Positions 1 through 14,682 of a stretch of DNA of 64,000 nt are shown piece by piece. A program made the position numbers and the translations under genes. Source of the DNA: the human T2T-CHM13v2.0 reference genome, Homo sapiens; the NCBI RefSeq assembly GCF_009914755.1, contig NC_060931.1; one strand, written 5' to 3'. The notes below the pieces were generated by a model, which saw only the letters and a list, made by a program, of their open reading frames with translations, made no database searches and was not told where the DNA came from. Numbering within the stretch: the stretch's first letter is position 1; each line of letters starts with the position of its first letter.

Positions 1-194
1 AGAGCTATGATCAAAACTAAGAAATTATCATTGATAATTTCTTTTAATAATCATTGATACAATTCTTTTATCTAAACTGCACCTTATTCAGATTTGAGTG
101 GGTTTTCCACTAATGGTCAGCTTTTACTTTTAGTGAATTTTTGAATACATGAATGAATGGGGGATGACAGAGTATAAGAAAATAACCCACTGGG

Positions 195-525
195 GGCTGG
201 GCATGATGGCTCACGCCTATAATCCGAGCACTTTGGGAGGCCAAGGCGGGCACATCACGAGGTCAGGAGTCTGAGATCAACTTGGCCGATATGGTGAAAC
301 CCCATCTCTACTAAAAATAAAAAAATTAGCCAGGCATGGTGACATGCATTTGTAGTCCCAAGCTACTCGGGAGGCTGAGGCAGAAGAATCACTTGAAGCC
401 AGGAGGTGGAGGTTGCAGAGAGCTGAGATCATGCCACTGCACTGCAGCCTGGGAGACAGAGCAAGACTCCATCTAAAAAAAACAAAAACAAACAAACAAA
501 CAAAAAAAAAAAAGGAAGAAAAAAA
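195..525 (+). mobile_element. Alu (AluS-like)
   Basis: Full dimer with A tail; TSD aagaaaataac(c)cactggg. Confidence 0.95.
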
Positions 526-2109
526 GAAAATAACACTGGGAATGGTGAAAATAGAGAAATACATGAATACATATGGGAAGTGAATAATCAGAAGACTTTT
601 AGTATTTTTATTTAATACTTTGTCCTCACACTATAATTGTATGTCTTAAGTGTTAACTAGAGACTCTTCCCTTTCTTGTCTTTATTGATGACAGTCATAT
701 CTGTTACTTTTACAGCAAAATTATCATAAATCTCTCTGACAAAAGGGTTACATTAATTCATTAAAAGAGCTAAATACATTTAAAACCGTTTCTGAGTGAC
801 CATGAACAAAATAAAAATTGTACTATCAATTTCTAGAGCTATAATTTAATAAAATAAAATATTACTTGATGTTTAAAAGTCTGTATATGAGTTTAAGTCC
901 ACTTCTAATAAATTATGGTGAGATTCTCAGGCATATTGCTTAACAAGGTTTGTGAATTACCCATTTTTTTCAATGTATTTTTACTAAAGATTTTGAGTAA
1001 TGAATCCCTTTACCCATGATAGAGACAATACCACCCCATTCACCCCAGAGTTAAGGAGAAGGGAGACATTGTTTAGTACTGCTATAGCAGCAGGGCTCTG
1101 TGGAGTTCCAGATGTGGAAGGGGGTTGTACCTTGTAGATACACAGCCCCTTCTCTGATTTTGTCTTCTTGCACCTGGGAATACTTAGGCACTTTACAGTC
1201 ACAGTGTCGTTCTCTGTGGGAATTTCTACTCACTAAATGGTAATTTATTTTTGCTTCCTTATTTCTCTGGCATTCTGACAACTTTTCAATGATAGGAATA
1301 TATTTATAAGACATTTTCACAGTATGAGCATAGCCACCTCAGAATTGTACTAAGGAGTGAATGGTACCCCTTCTTTAGTTATTGTTACCCTTGACTGAAA
1401 TAAAACTTCATTGAAATAAAACAATAGCCTTGAATGAAAGAAAACTTCTAGAATTTTTACTAAATACATGATTTTAAGCAGGTCTTTAAAGATTTTTTTT
1501 AAACTTTATTTTTCCTGCTTCATTTAATTATCAGAATTATGGAGTTTAAAAATACAACAGCTTTATGGATATAATTCATATACTGTACAACTCACCCATT
1601 TACAGCATACAATTCAGTGGCTTTTAGTATACTTCACAGGTTTTGCAACCTTACAACAGTCAATTTTAGAACATTTTCATCACCCCATAAAGAAACCTCT
1701 TACCTATTTGTGGTCATTCCCTATTCCTGCCTCCGCCCAGCCCCTGGCTAATCTACCTTCTGTCTCTATGGATTTGCCTGTTCTGGACAGTTCACGTAAA
1801 TGGAATTATATAATATGCAGCCTTTTGTGACTGCCTTCTCTCACTTAGCATAATATTTGTTAAAGTGCTTCCATGTATTAGTAGAATAGTTTGTTTCTTT
1901 TTTGTTGCCTAAAATATCCCACCGTATTGTATTAGTAGAATAGTTTCTTTTTTGTTGCCTAAAATATCCTACCATATGGCTAGTCCCCACGTTATCTGTT
2001 ATCATTTGATGGACATTTGGGTTATTTCTACTCTTAGGCTATTATGAATAATGCTGCTATAAAAATTTGTGTCTAAGCTTTTTGTGAGGACACATGCTTT
2101 CATTTTCTT

Positions 2110-2400
2110 GTTTTTAATTTTTTTTTTTTCCGAGTTGGAGTCTTGCCCTGTCCCCTAGGTTGGAGTGCAGTGGTGCAATCTTGGCCCACTGCAACTTCTG
2201 CCTCCCGGGTTCAAGCCTCAGACTCCTGAGTAGTTGGGATTACAGGCGTGCACCACCGTGCCCGGTTAATTTTTGTATTTTTAGGGGAGATGGGGTTTCA
2301 CCATGTTGGCCAGACTAGTCTCGAACTCCTGACCTCGTGATCCGCCCGCTTCAGGCTCCCAAAGTGCTGGGATTACAGGCATGAGCCAATGTGCCCAGCC
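2110..2400 (-). mobile_element. Alu (AluS-like)
   Basis: TSD catgctttcattttctt on both sides. Confidence 0.95.
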
Positions 2401-2655
2401 CATGCTTTCATTTTCTTGGGTATATACCCCTTAGTGAAATTGCTGGGTCATATGGTAACTCTATATTTAACTTTTTGAGGAACTGCCAGACTGTTTATCA
2501 CAGTGACTACCGCATTTCACAGTCCCACCAATAGTACATGAAGGCTCCATTTCTTCACATCCTTCTTGACACTTGTTATTTCTCTTTTTTTATGATAGTC
2601 ATCCTTGTGAGTGTGAAGTAGTATTTCACTGTGGTTTTAATTTACATTTCTCTGA

Positions 2656-3134
<479 letters not shown>

Positions 3135-3263
3135 TAGACTCACTGTGGTTTTCATTTGCATTTCTCTGATGGCTAATGATATTAAGCATCTTTACATGTG
3201 TTTAATGACCATTTGTATATTTTCTTTGGAGAAATGTCTATTGAGATCTTTTGCCCATATTTA

Positions 3264-3784
<521 letters not shown>

Positions 3785-4754
3785 TCAAAGAAATTATTGC
3801 CAAATCCAATATCATAAAGATTTACTCCTATATTTTCTTTTGTTATATAGTTGTAGCTCTTAAGTTTAGATTTTTGGTCCATTTAGAGTCAATTTTTGTA
3901 TGTACTGCAAGGAGGGGATCCAACTTTATTATTTTCACCATTTTTTGTAAAGACTCTTCCAATTGAATTGTGTTGGCATATTTGTCAAAAAGTAATTGGA
4001 TGTAAATGTGAGAATTTTTATTGTTTATATGTCTGCCTTCCACCAGTACCATGCTGCCTTTATTACAGTAGCTTTGTAGTAAGTTTTGAAATCAGAATTT
4101 GTGAGTCCTCTAACTTTGTCTTTTTCTAGATTGGTTATTCTTTGTTTATGGTATTTCCATATGAATTTTTAGGATCAGATTTTATTTCTGCAAAAAAGGT
4201 ATCTAGGATTTTGGTAGGTAGAATTGCCTTGAATATGCAGAGGAGTGTGGGAAGCATTGCCATATTAACAATATTAAGTCTTCTGCTCCATGACTGTGAG
4301 ATGTCTTTTGGTTTATTTTTGTCTTAATTTCTTTCAACAATATTTTATTATTTTAAGAGTATAAGTTTGTACTTCTTTTGTTAAATTTATTTCTAAGTAT
4401 TTTATTCTTTTTTATCCTATTATAAATTGAATTACTTTCTTTATTTCATTTTTTGTTTGTTTATTGCTAGTGTGTAGAATACAACTGATGTTTGTATATT
4501 GGCTTTTATCTTGCAATCTTGCTTAACTCGATTACTAGTTCTAAGAGTTTTTTAGTGGATTCCTTAGGACTTTTGATATATAAGACTGGGTCATCTGCAA
4601 ATTGAGATAGTTTTACTTCTTTCTTTGCAACCTAAATTCATTTTATTTCTTTTTGTACCCTAACTGCACTGGCTAAAACCTCCAGTGTAATGTTGAATTG
4701 AAGTGGTTAGAGTGGACATCCTTGTCTCATTCTTTTAAAAAATAATTAGTTAAA

Positions 4755-4891
4755 TTTTTTTTCTTTTGTAAAATATATAGGCGGGGGTCTCACTATGTTG
4801 TGCAGTCTGGGCTCCAACTCCTGAGCTTAAGTGGCCCTCCCTTCAGTCTCCCAAAGTGTGGGATTATAGGAATGAGCCTTCGTGCCTGGCC
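4755..4891 (-). mobile_element. Alu monomer (FLAM-like)
   Basis: Single left-arm match only. Confidence 0.75.
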
Positions 4892-5516
4892 TCTTGTCTT
4901 GTTCTTCATTTTAGGGGAAAACATTCAGTTCTTTACTTTTAAGTGTGATCTGGGTTATGATTTTTAATAGATGCCCTTTATTAGGTTGAGAAGTTTCATT
5001 TTTTTTTAGCTTTTTAAAAATCGATACATAATAGGTGTACATGTTTTCAGGGTTCATGTGATCATTCCATACATTAATATAATCAGATCAGGGCTGTTGA
5101 TATACCCATCATCACCTTAAATATTTACCATTTCTCTGTTCTAGGAACATTCCAATTATTCCCTGCTAACTATTTTGAAATGTACAGCCTTTTGATGTTA
5201 GCTATAGTCACCGTACTGATCTACTGAACAACAATTCTTATTTCTTCCATCTAAGCGTATGTTTGTACCCACTAATCAACCTCTCTTCATCTCTCCTCCC
5301 CCTACCCTTCCCAGCCTCTGGTAACCAGCAGTCTGCTCTCTATCTTCATGAGATCTACTTTGTTAGCTTCCACATCTGAGTCAGAATATGTGATATTTGT
5401 CTTTCTGTGCTTGGCTTCTTTCATGTAACATAATGTCCTCCAGTGACATCCATATTGTTGCAAATGACAGGAATTTATTCTTTGCCCAGCTAATTTTTTA
5501 TGGCTGAATAATATTC

Positions 5517-5532
5517 CTCTCTCTCTGTCTCG

Positions 5533-5575
<43 letters not shown>

Positions 5576-5600
5576 GATGTTTCAAAAACAACTGCAATGT

Positions 5601-5648
<48 letters not shown>
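5517..5648. repeat. Compound (CT)n(TA)n...(AT)n microsatellite
   Basis: Read directly from the sequence. Confidence 0.95.
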
Positions 5649-5651
<3 letters not shown>

Positions 5652-5930
5652 GGTCTCAGTCTTTTGCCTAGATTGGAGTGCAGTGGCATGATCATAGCTC
5701 ATTCCAGCCTGGATGGAACTCCTGCACTCAAGTGATCTTTGCACCTCAGACTCCCAAGTAGCTGGTACTAGGGGTGTGTGCCACCATGCCCGGCTAATTT
5801 TTGTATTTTTTGGTAGAGACAGGGTCTTACTCTGTCACCCAGGCTGTTCTTGAACTCGTGGCCTCAAGTGATCCTCCTGCTTGGCCTCCAAAGTGTTGGG
5901 ATTTATAGGCATGAGCCACTGTGCGTGAAC
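5649..5930 (-). mobile_element. Alu (AluJ-like)
   Basis: Dimer whose tail position is occupied by (AT)n. Confidence 0.9.
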
Positions 5931-6011
5931 ACATTTTCTTTATCCATTCATCCTTTGATGGACACTTGGGTTTATTCCATATTTCCGCTGTTGTCAATAG
6001 TGCTGCAGTAA

Positions 6012-6413
<402 letters not shown>

Positions 6414-6417
6414 TTTA

Positions 6418-6497
6418 GTGTAACTTTTATTGAAAAAAAATTCCACGTATAAGTGGATCCATGCAGTTCAGAACTTTGTTGTTCAAGGGTCAATGTA
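6418..6497. mobile_element. Tigger2-like terminal fragment
   Basis: Ends gttgttcaagggtcaatg-TA, matching the Tigger2 terminal inverted repeat plus a TA site. Confidence 0.65.
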
Positions 6498-7969
6498 ACT
6501 TTGAACTTGTCTCTCACTTTTAAGACATTAAATAATTTTAAATTCTAATGACAAATTTAATTTTAAGTGTATTGATTTAAGGCATTACATTACAACTTTT
6601 GACAATAATAATAGTAAACTGCCAGACATTTCCAAGTTTCATGGCAATATCGTCCTTGAAATTGTATTGAAAAGCAGGGAAAAATAAGTTTAGCTACTAT
6701 ACAGTCTCAGTTACTTGCTTTAAACATTATTTTGCAAAACAGTACTTTTGCAAAACAATTAACATGGTTTATGATGGGCTACAAAAAAAGGACAAATTAA
6801 CTTCTGAAAATGATTCAACAGAAGCTAGACTTAATAAGGAGGTAATTGAATCACTGCATCAGCCAGATGAAGTATGAAATGTGAGTTTTTTTAGGTATTC
6901 TGTGCGATTTAAGGCTTAGCAGAATTAAAGGTAGTGACAAGTAGAAACTATCTGATATATCAATGACTAATAACAATGTTGATAATTTTGATAGGTGATT
7001 TTTATTTTGTGTCAAGTACTGTTCTAACATCTTTACATATGGGCCAAGGATTGGATTGTCAAATCAGACTGACATGAAGTGGAGATGTTAATCAATATTA
7101 AGCTTTCCTTATAATTTCAAGAATACAAGCAATCAAAAGGCTCAGAAAAAGCAGAGACATGTCTGGGACATTGAGAGAGGCCCCCGGATCCTTTCTTACT
7201 GCAATAGACAAAACTCTGTGGCCCAAAGCAGTAGATGAGGTCCTTAATGAAATATATGAGTTATTAGCAGGGAGTGTTACAGGCTGTGAAACATCTCCGT
7301 TTTATACCCAGATAGTTGCAAAGCTCATGCCCTGTGCCCAGTGCTCCATGTCCCATAAATCTTGAGATTCTCAGTTTGTTTATCATAGTAATCCTAATTC
7401 AGGGGCAGTCTGCTAACAGCTTTTTATGGGTAAATAGTCTTTTTTTAAATTATTAAGCAAACACTGTTAGTATTTTTGCCAGCTATTGGCGTGCTTACAA
7501 GGAGGTTTGACCAGATTTTTTACCTTCTTTTTTTTTTTTTTTTTTTTTTTTTTTTGTGAGAGAGCCTCTCACCCAATAGGAGAAAAACACTGCTTTAACT
7601 CTTTCTCCCCAACAAATTAACTCATTTAAATTCAATTAATTTTTTTAGCATAAACAAGATAAAATATATCAAGAAGGAATTTAAAACATTGAAACATCAG
7701 ATCGGTTTCTAAAAAATCTTTTATTTTTAGTTTGGTTAGTAGGCATTGGGGAGAGAAATGCACTGAGAAGTATATAGTAAATATAAATATTTTCCTATTA
7801 CCAACAGATATTCACAATAGCAATTTATTTTATTAACTTTCTTGTGTGTATGTGTCTGCACAGTTAATAGACAATTCTTTTTTCTATTTCACATTAGAAG
7901 ATTTGAGAAATCATATGATTCTTTTAATGTTTAATTATTTCTTCTTTCTCAACCCAACCTTCAAATCAG

Positions 7970-8113
7970 AATGGAGATCCAGTTCGCCCAGGAGTAGCTA
8001 TGACTGATCTTGCCACTGGCCTGTATGCATATGGAGCTATTATGGCTGGATTGATACAAAAATACAAAACTGGGAAAGGACTGTTCATTGATTGTAACCT
8101 GCTGTCATCCCAG
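7970..8113 (+). CDS. SUGCT: Internal coding exon (144 nt, phase 0-0) of succinyl-CoA:glutarate CoA-transferase
   Basis: ttcaaatcAG acceptor and CAG|gtaaca donor. Translates [48 protein letters not shown], which carries the family III CoA-transferase G-x-P...D-x-x-TG...TGKG-x-x-ID signature including the catalytic Asp. Confidence 0.96.
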
Positions 8114-8252
8114 GTAACAATCCAACTAACATTTCAGATAATGTTATAAAAACTGTGTCTGGGTTATACCTTTTCAGATCAAATTCTATGGTCACATGTA
8201 CAAAAACAATACAAAAACCAACACAACAACACTGAAAACTGTTTCATTTTGA

Positions 8253-8576
<324 letters not shown>

Positions 8577-8724
8577 TAAAATACACGGACCATGAAGATT
8601 TTGTTGTAATGTAGACATCATTGTTGAACCCAAATTTTCCAGGCTGTTTTTACTAGAATGTGTCTGTTGCTTCTTATAAGACAAGAGATATGGTTGCTTC
8701 ACATGTACTCTGTAACTTACTTTG

Positions 8725-9214
8725 ACTTGTTTCTTCACCTTTTATGTGCCACGAACCCCTTTGGTAGTCTGGTGAAGTCTGGACTTTTCCTTGCAATTGT
8801 GTTTTTGAACACATAAAATAAGGTACTTAGGATTACAAAGGAAGCTGGTTATACTGAAATATATTCAATGGAAAAATCAATTTTGCATTATTAAAAATAT
8901 ATAATTTTTACTAACACATTAAACCACAATATCTAATAGTGGGTGTAACACTATTATAATTTTGAAGTCATGTTGAGCATAAGTGGTATTTCATGGTATC
9001 TGTAGTAATTGTAATATGATACAAAGATATGCATAATATTTATTCGTGATCAAGTCATAGGTACCACTAATATTCTTGTGGTTTGTCACCTACATTTATA
9101 ATAGAATAAAATGCTAAATTTTAGAGGTGATGAAAATAAAGATACACTTTTTTTTTCACTTGAGTTGATTAACTCCCAGAAATCTGTTTATAGACCCCAG
9201 ATAAAGAATTCCTG
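8725..9214 (+). mobile_element. hAT-Charlie DNA transposon fossil (Charlie4/MER119-like)
   Basis: gaacccctttggtagtctggtgaag start and gaccccagataaagaattcctg end resemble the consensus termini. Confidence 0.65.
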
Positions 9215-9829
9215 GTTTCCGTAGTTATCAGTTATGTTGTGCTAAATACTAAACTGGGGGAATAAAAGGGTTAACTCACTGTCAAAATGACATTTTGCCT
9301 TCTTTTCACTGGATCAGACCCAGATGCTGTACCATATGTGGAAGTTGATTCTGAATAGATAATTTTTCCGTGATAGAAAAAGAAAATATCTGATTTGTGC
9401 AAGGAGACATTTTACTGTGGGAAAAACTACTTTCTAGACATAGAGACCCCAGTTGGGAATTTCAGATTTAAAAGGCATACATGGGAAAATAGTAAACTTG
9501 GAACACTGCTTTGGATATTTTTTCCTCTTAGGCAAAATTAAGGAGGTATATAGAAATAAAAAACATCAATATGGTTGAAAATGAAATACTATGTATGGGT
9601 TTTTACATAACAGTAGCTTCGAGTCGTGGTCAGAATTTTAATGTTTCTATAAAAAGGTAAAAGAACTCTGTTCAAATGAGTGGTTTCACTCCTTAATAGA
9701 GAACTACAGATGTTAGTTATGGGAGGGTGCAGAAAGTCTTTTCTTCCTCTAATTTTAAGCTGTAAGGAACCTGAGGTAGGGTAAGCAACTGCATAAAAGT
9801 TGCACATCCAATAAGTTTGGAAGCCATGA

Positions 9830-9980
9830 AGGTTTCATGGGTGTGTAATCTGTGCAGTCATGGGTAGCCCTGGGCTTAGTTAAATGTTCTGCTGTCACTG
9901 TCTTGAATTTGTTAATAACATCCACAGGAGGCCCTATAGTTTTTATTTACACCAGTACTCACAAATTATGTAGCAGGTCG
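9830..9980. mobile_element. MER53-like hAT MITE
   Basis: ttcatgggtgtgtaatctgtgcagtca ... cacaaattatgtagc. Confidence 0.55.
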
Positions 9981-10245
9981 TGGAGTTGAGACTCTACTTA
10001 AGTCTCCTGATTTTTACCTAGGCTGCTTTACTCTAATGTATAAAGAGTATTGTATTATTTAGATGAGTATCATAGAGTTTAATTCACTTCTAGCATCTAA
10101 CTAGTGGTTCACCATGTGAAGGTGTGTATTTCCCTGGGAGTAAGGGTGGGGAAGGTGGAATCACCATAGGGCTGCTTCAAAGTGAGGGCACAGTGACGGC
10201 AAACTCATGCATATACACACAGGTATATAGTCAATCATTTTTGGG

Positions 10246-10302
10246 GTGTGCATGTGTGTGTGTGTGTGTGTGTGTGTCTGTCTGTCTGTCTGTGTCTGTG
10301 TC
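10246..10302. repeat. (TG)n(TCTG)n microsatellite
   Basis: Read directly from the sequence. Confidence 0.95.
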
Positions 10303-10655
10303 TATTTTTATTGTCTCTGTTTCTCCCTGAGACTAAATTCTATGACTGCTGGCACAATGTTTTTGTGTACCATGGTATCCTCAATTCCCAGCCCAGCCTT
10401 TGTCAAAGATTGGCTTTTCCAATCCTTTGAGGTCAATGTGAGAACTACTGTTACCAGTGGGAATGTCTCATAACCCTTAGGTTTGCCAAGGAAGATGTGA
10501 AAAGATAGTAAATCATTAGAATTATGATAAGTACTCGATAAACAGCTAATGATGAGATTATTTGCTTTTGGCAAAAAAAGTAGCAGTGATTTGGCCTATT
10601 GTACTACAGTTAACTCAGATTGCTAAAATTAGTGTATTTCAGTCTCATTAACTAT

Positions 10656-10959
<304 letters not shown>

Positions 10960-11129
10960 TGAGCAAGAGTTCTGTTTCTTTATTCATAAATTCTATTAGG
11001 TGATGGTCTTTTAAGGCAAAGAATATGTCTCTTCATAGACTTGCTACAGCTGCCCCATTCAGAATAGCTTCTGGGCTGTGAGTAGTGGTTAGAGAACTTC
11101 AAAAGGCAATTTAACAGATAATTTGTTCT

Positions 11130-11130
11130 T

Positions 11131-11172
<42 letters not shown>

Positions 11173-11974
11173 CTTTAAGTTTTAGGGTACATGTGCACAA
11201 TGTGCAGGTTAGCTACACATGTATACATGTGCCACGCTGGTGTGTTGCACCCATTAACTCGTCATTTAGCACTAGGTATATCTCCTAATGCTATCCCTCC
11301 CCCATCCCCTCACCCCACAACAGTCCCCAGAGTGTGGTGTTCCCCTTCCTGTCTCCATGTGTTGTCATTGTTCAATTCCCATCTATGAGTGAGAACATGC
11401 GGTGTTTGGTTTTTTATCCTTGCGATAGTTTACTGAGAATGATGATTTCCAGTTTCATCCATGTCCCTACAAAGGACATGAACTCATCATTTTTTATGGC
11501 TGCATAGTGTTCCATGGTGTATATGTGCCACATTTTCTTAATCCAGTCTATCATTGTTGGATATTTGGGTTGGTTCGGGCAAAGGATATGAACAGACACT
11601 TCTCAAAAGAAGACATTTATGCAGCCAAAAGACACATGAAAAAATGCTCATCATTGGCCATCAGAGAAATGCAAATCAAAACCACAGTGAGATACCGTCT
11701 CACACCAATTAGAATGGCAATCATTAAAAAGTCAGGAAACAACAGGTGCTGGAGAGGATGTGGAGAAATAGGAACACTTTTACACTGTTGGTGGGACTGT
11801 AAACTAGTTCAACCATTGTGGAAGTCAGTGTGGCGATTCCTCAGGGATCTAGGACTAGAAATACCATTTGACCCAGCCATCCCATTACTGGTTATATACC
11901 CAAAGGACTATAAATCATGCTGCTATAAAGACACATGCACACATATGTTTATTGCGATACTATTCACAATAGCA
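11130..11974 (-). mobile_element. Young L1PA (about PA2-4), 5'-truncated with a 5' inversion
   Basis: (TTA)n tail and antisense 3' end to 11576, then a sense ORF2 piece 11577-11974; 15-bp TSD cagataattt(g/a)ttct. Confidence 0.95.
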
Positions 11975-12292
11975 GATAATTTATTCTACAGCTTACCTGA
12001 AGTGCAAGGCAATGCCTGGTAAGAACTTTTTCACTCTCTGGATTTGCTGCATCCTGAGCTCTGTTTTTCTCTGTTTGCCTCTGCTTTATTCCTTGTCTCT
12101 GTCCTCCCTTTCTTCTCATGTGCCCTTCTCTAGCCTGGACATCTCTTTTCTCCTTTTTTTCTCTCTCATCTTTCTTTACTTTCCTGTTTTCCTTTCTCCT
12201 CTATGCTCTTGACCTTCTTCCCTCTCCCTCCCTTTTATCCATCCTTCCTTATGTGGAACTAAGGTTTTAGCAGTTTTGGTTTCAGATCTTAC

Positions 12293-12604
12293 ATTTTTTT
12301 TTTTTTTAAAAGAGATACGGTCTCGTGCTTTTGTCCAGGTTGGAATGCAGTGGTGCAATGATAGCTCACTGAAACCTCGAACTCCTGGGCTCAAACAATC
12401 CTCCTTCCTCAGCTTCCCTAGTGGTTCGGACTACAGGCGTATGACCTTATGCCTGGCTAATTTTTGTATTTTTTTTTTTTTTTAGAGATGGGGGGGGTCT
12501 GACTGTGTTGTCCAGGCTAGTCTTGAACTCTTGGCCTTAAGGGATCTTCCTGCCTTGGCCTGCCAACATGTTGGTATTGCAGGTGTGAGCCACTGCATCC
12601 AGCC
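12293..12604 (-). mobile_element. Alu (AluJ-like)
   Basis: TSD agatcttac. Confidence 0.92.
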
Positions 12605-14419
12605 AGATCTTACCAGATCTTACATTCTTATACCGTATTATTCCAAAAAGTTTCAGAATCTTACAGTAGTTCCCATGAGAGATAAAGGAAGTTCCCTTTC
12701 CTAGAAGTCCCAGAAAACAAGAACATGATTTCACTGGTTTAAGGGACCATTCCTAAACTGATAAATGGGGCCTGAAAGATAGAATACACTGAGTGGCATA
12801 AGCAATTCCTGGTACTAGCGATGGGGTTAACTCCATCCAAACTGTGTGGCTGAGACTGGGGGACAGGTGATTCCTCCAAAGAATGGCATGGTTATTTTTT
12901 GGCCAGAAAAGAGGGAAATGGATGTTGGGGAAGCAATCTACAAATATTTACTATGCTAATGTAGAGGGTTGTTTTTAGGATCTAATGCAATGAAGGATGT
13001 GAAAAATACTTTGTAAATCAGAAAGTTTAATGATGACAACATTAATTTTATTAGGTTATTGAAAAAATACTTCAGTGTTAGTAATGTTAGATTAAAAAGT
13101 TGGCTAATAACATAATTATTTTATCATAATTATGATAACGTTTCATAATAGATAAACCTTGACTGACTTCAATTTGTCTTTCAATTTAAGATAACACTTA
13201 TAAATTCTAGATCTAAAAACCAACCACAACATGATTAAAATCTGCTTTATGTAAATAAGGAGTGCTATTTGTAGGTACTTTTCAAAAAAGCGTAACAGGA
13301 AACTTCACCTTTTTTTAAATTAAAAAAAGTATTCTTTTTAATATAAATGTTCACCTGCATTAAGTAGGTAACATTTGAATTTAATTTCAGCTGCGTGAGA
13401 ATGAATACAATTTCATGCAGTAGTAAAAAACACATTTTCCTACTCATTTTGATTATATTACATAGAATGATGAATGATTATAACATTGAATGTTAGTTGC
13501 TAAAAATGAAATTGTTATATTCCTCTTAAAAGTGATCTAGTGTAAAAAAGACAATTTACACCTGATTGGAATAGTAGCTAATTATTAACTCAGAAATGAT
13601 TGCCTCAGCCACAACAAAACCATTTCAAGTAGTTCCTTGTAGAGACATGACAATTGCCAGGATGTGGTTTGTAGTGGGCACCACAGTTTTTATAGTTTTA
13701 AGGCTATAAACTTTCAACCCTTGTCAAAAATTCTTTTGATTTTTTTGTCTGAATATGATTTAAATTTGTCCAGTCAAGACAACTAACATCAGCATCTAAA
13801 CAGTGTTCTTTAGATGATATTGGTAAATAACAAGGAAGCGGGTTTGGATGTGGTTCTGCTTATTCTGTTGCTCTATTCTTCTGTTGTGGCCTACAGAAAT
13901 ATCTTTTGGAAGTTTTAATGTCCTTACTGTACTTAATTGCAACCAGGCTCCCTTAATTACTACTACAATGAGTTAGTTTTTTTAGCACCATAATTATTTG
14001 CATATATAGAATATATTGTCACTTTTGATGTGACCATCCTTTACTCACACATGTACATTGATCATATTACATGAACATATTCAAGTAGAAACAATTTTAA
14101 TTCTTATCATTTTGACTGATAAACTTTTGAATCTCAAGCAAGTAATCTAAAATTCATTGTTTTGTGTCCTTAGATATACCTGTGTTTCTGCTTTTTTAAG
14201 CAACTCTGTATCATTTTTTTAAACAATTTTATTGAGGTATATATTACATATCATAAAAATGACAACTTAATGATTTTAGTAAGTTTAGTGGGTTATGTAA
14301 CCATCAGTATTAATCAGGTTTTGATGAGTACCCGTATTGTTACTTCTGGTGCGGGTCTTGCTGATGAGGCTAGAATGGACGAGTTTTGAGTGGGGAGAGA
14401 TCTGGGACTAGGCTGACTT

Positions 14420-14682
14420 AAAAGAAGGGGCCCATTATGACTTCCGTGGGCCCTGGGAACTTTTGCCTTTGTGGGTTCTTTCCTTCATAAAAATATTAAA
14501 AATTACATTCTATAACTGCATTGGTATAAAGATGAAGATAATTCATTATTCTGCATTTATTATTATTACACTCTTTTTTTCTGATTTGAAATGAAATGAA
14601 AATTGAAACATTTTTCTGTACCCCTAAAGTCTTGTGGGTCTTAAGCATTGTGCCTACTGTGCATAATTGATAGATCAGCTCT
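14420..14682. mobile_element. MER96B-like hAT-Tip100 element
   Basis: gacttccgtgggccctgg...ttttgcctt and ...tgtgcctactgtgc motifs. Confidence 0.6.

Noticed and set aside
6600-7370. Stretch not assignable to a repeat, with a 68-aa ORF (7159..7365)
   Set aside because: No recognisable protein family or convincing exon structure; it may be an ancient repeat, which I cannot establish by eye.
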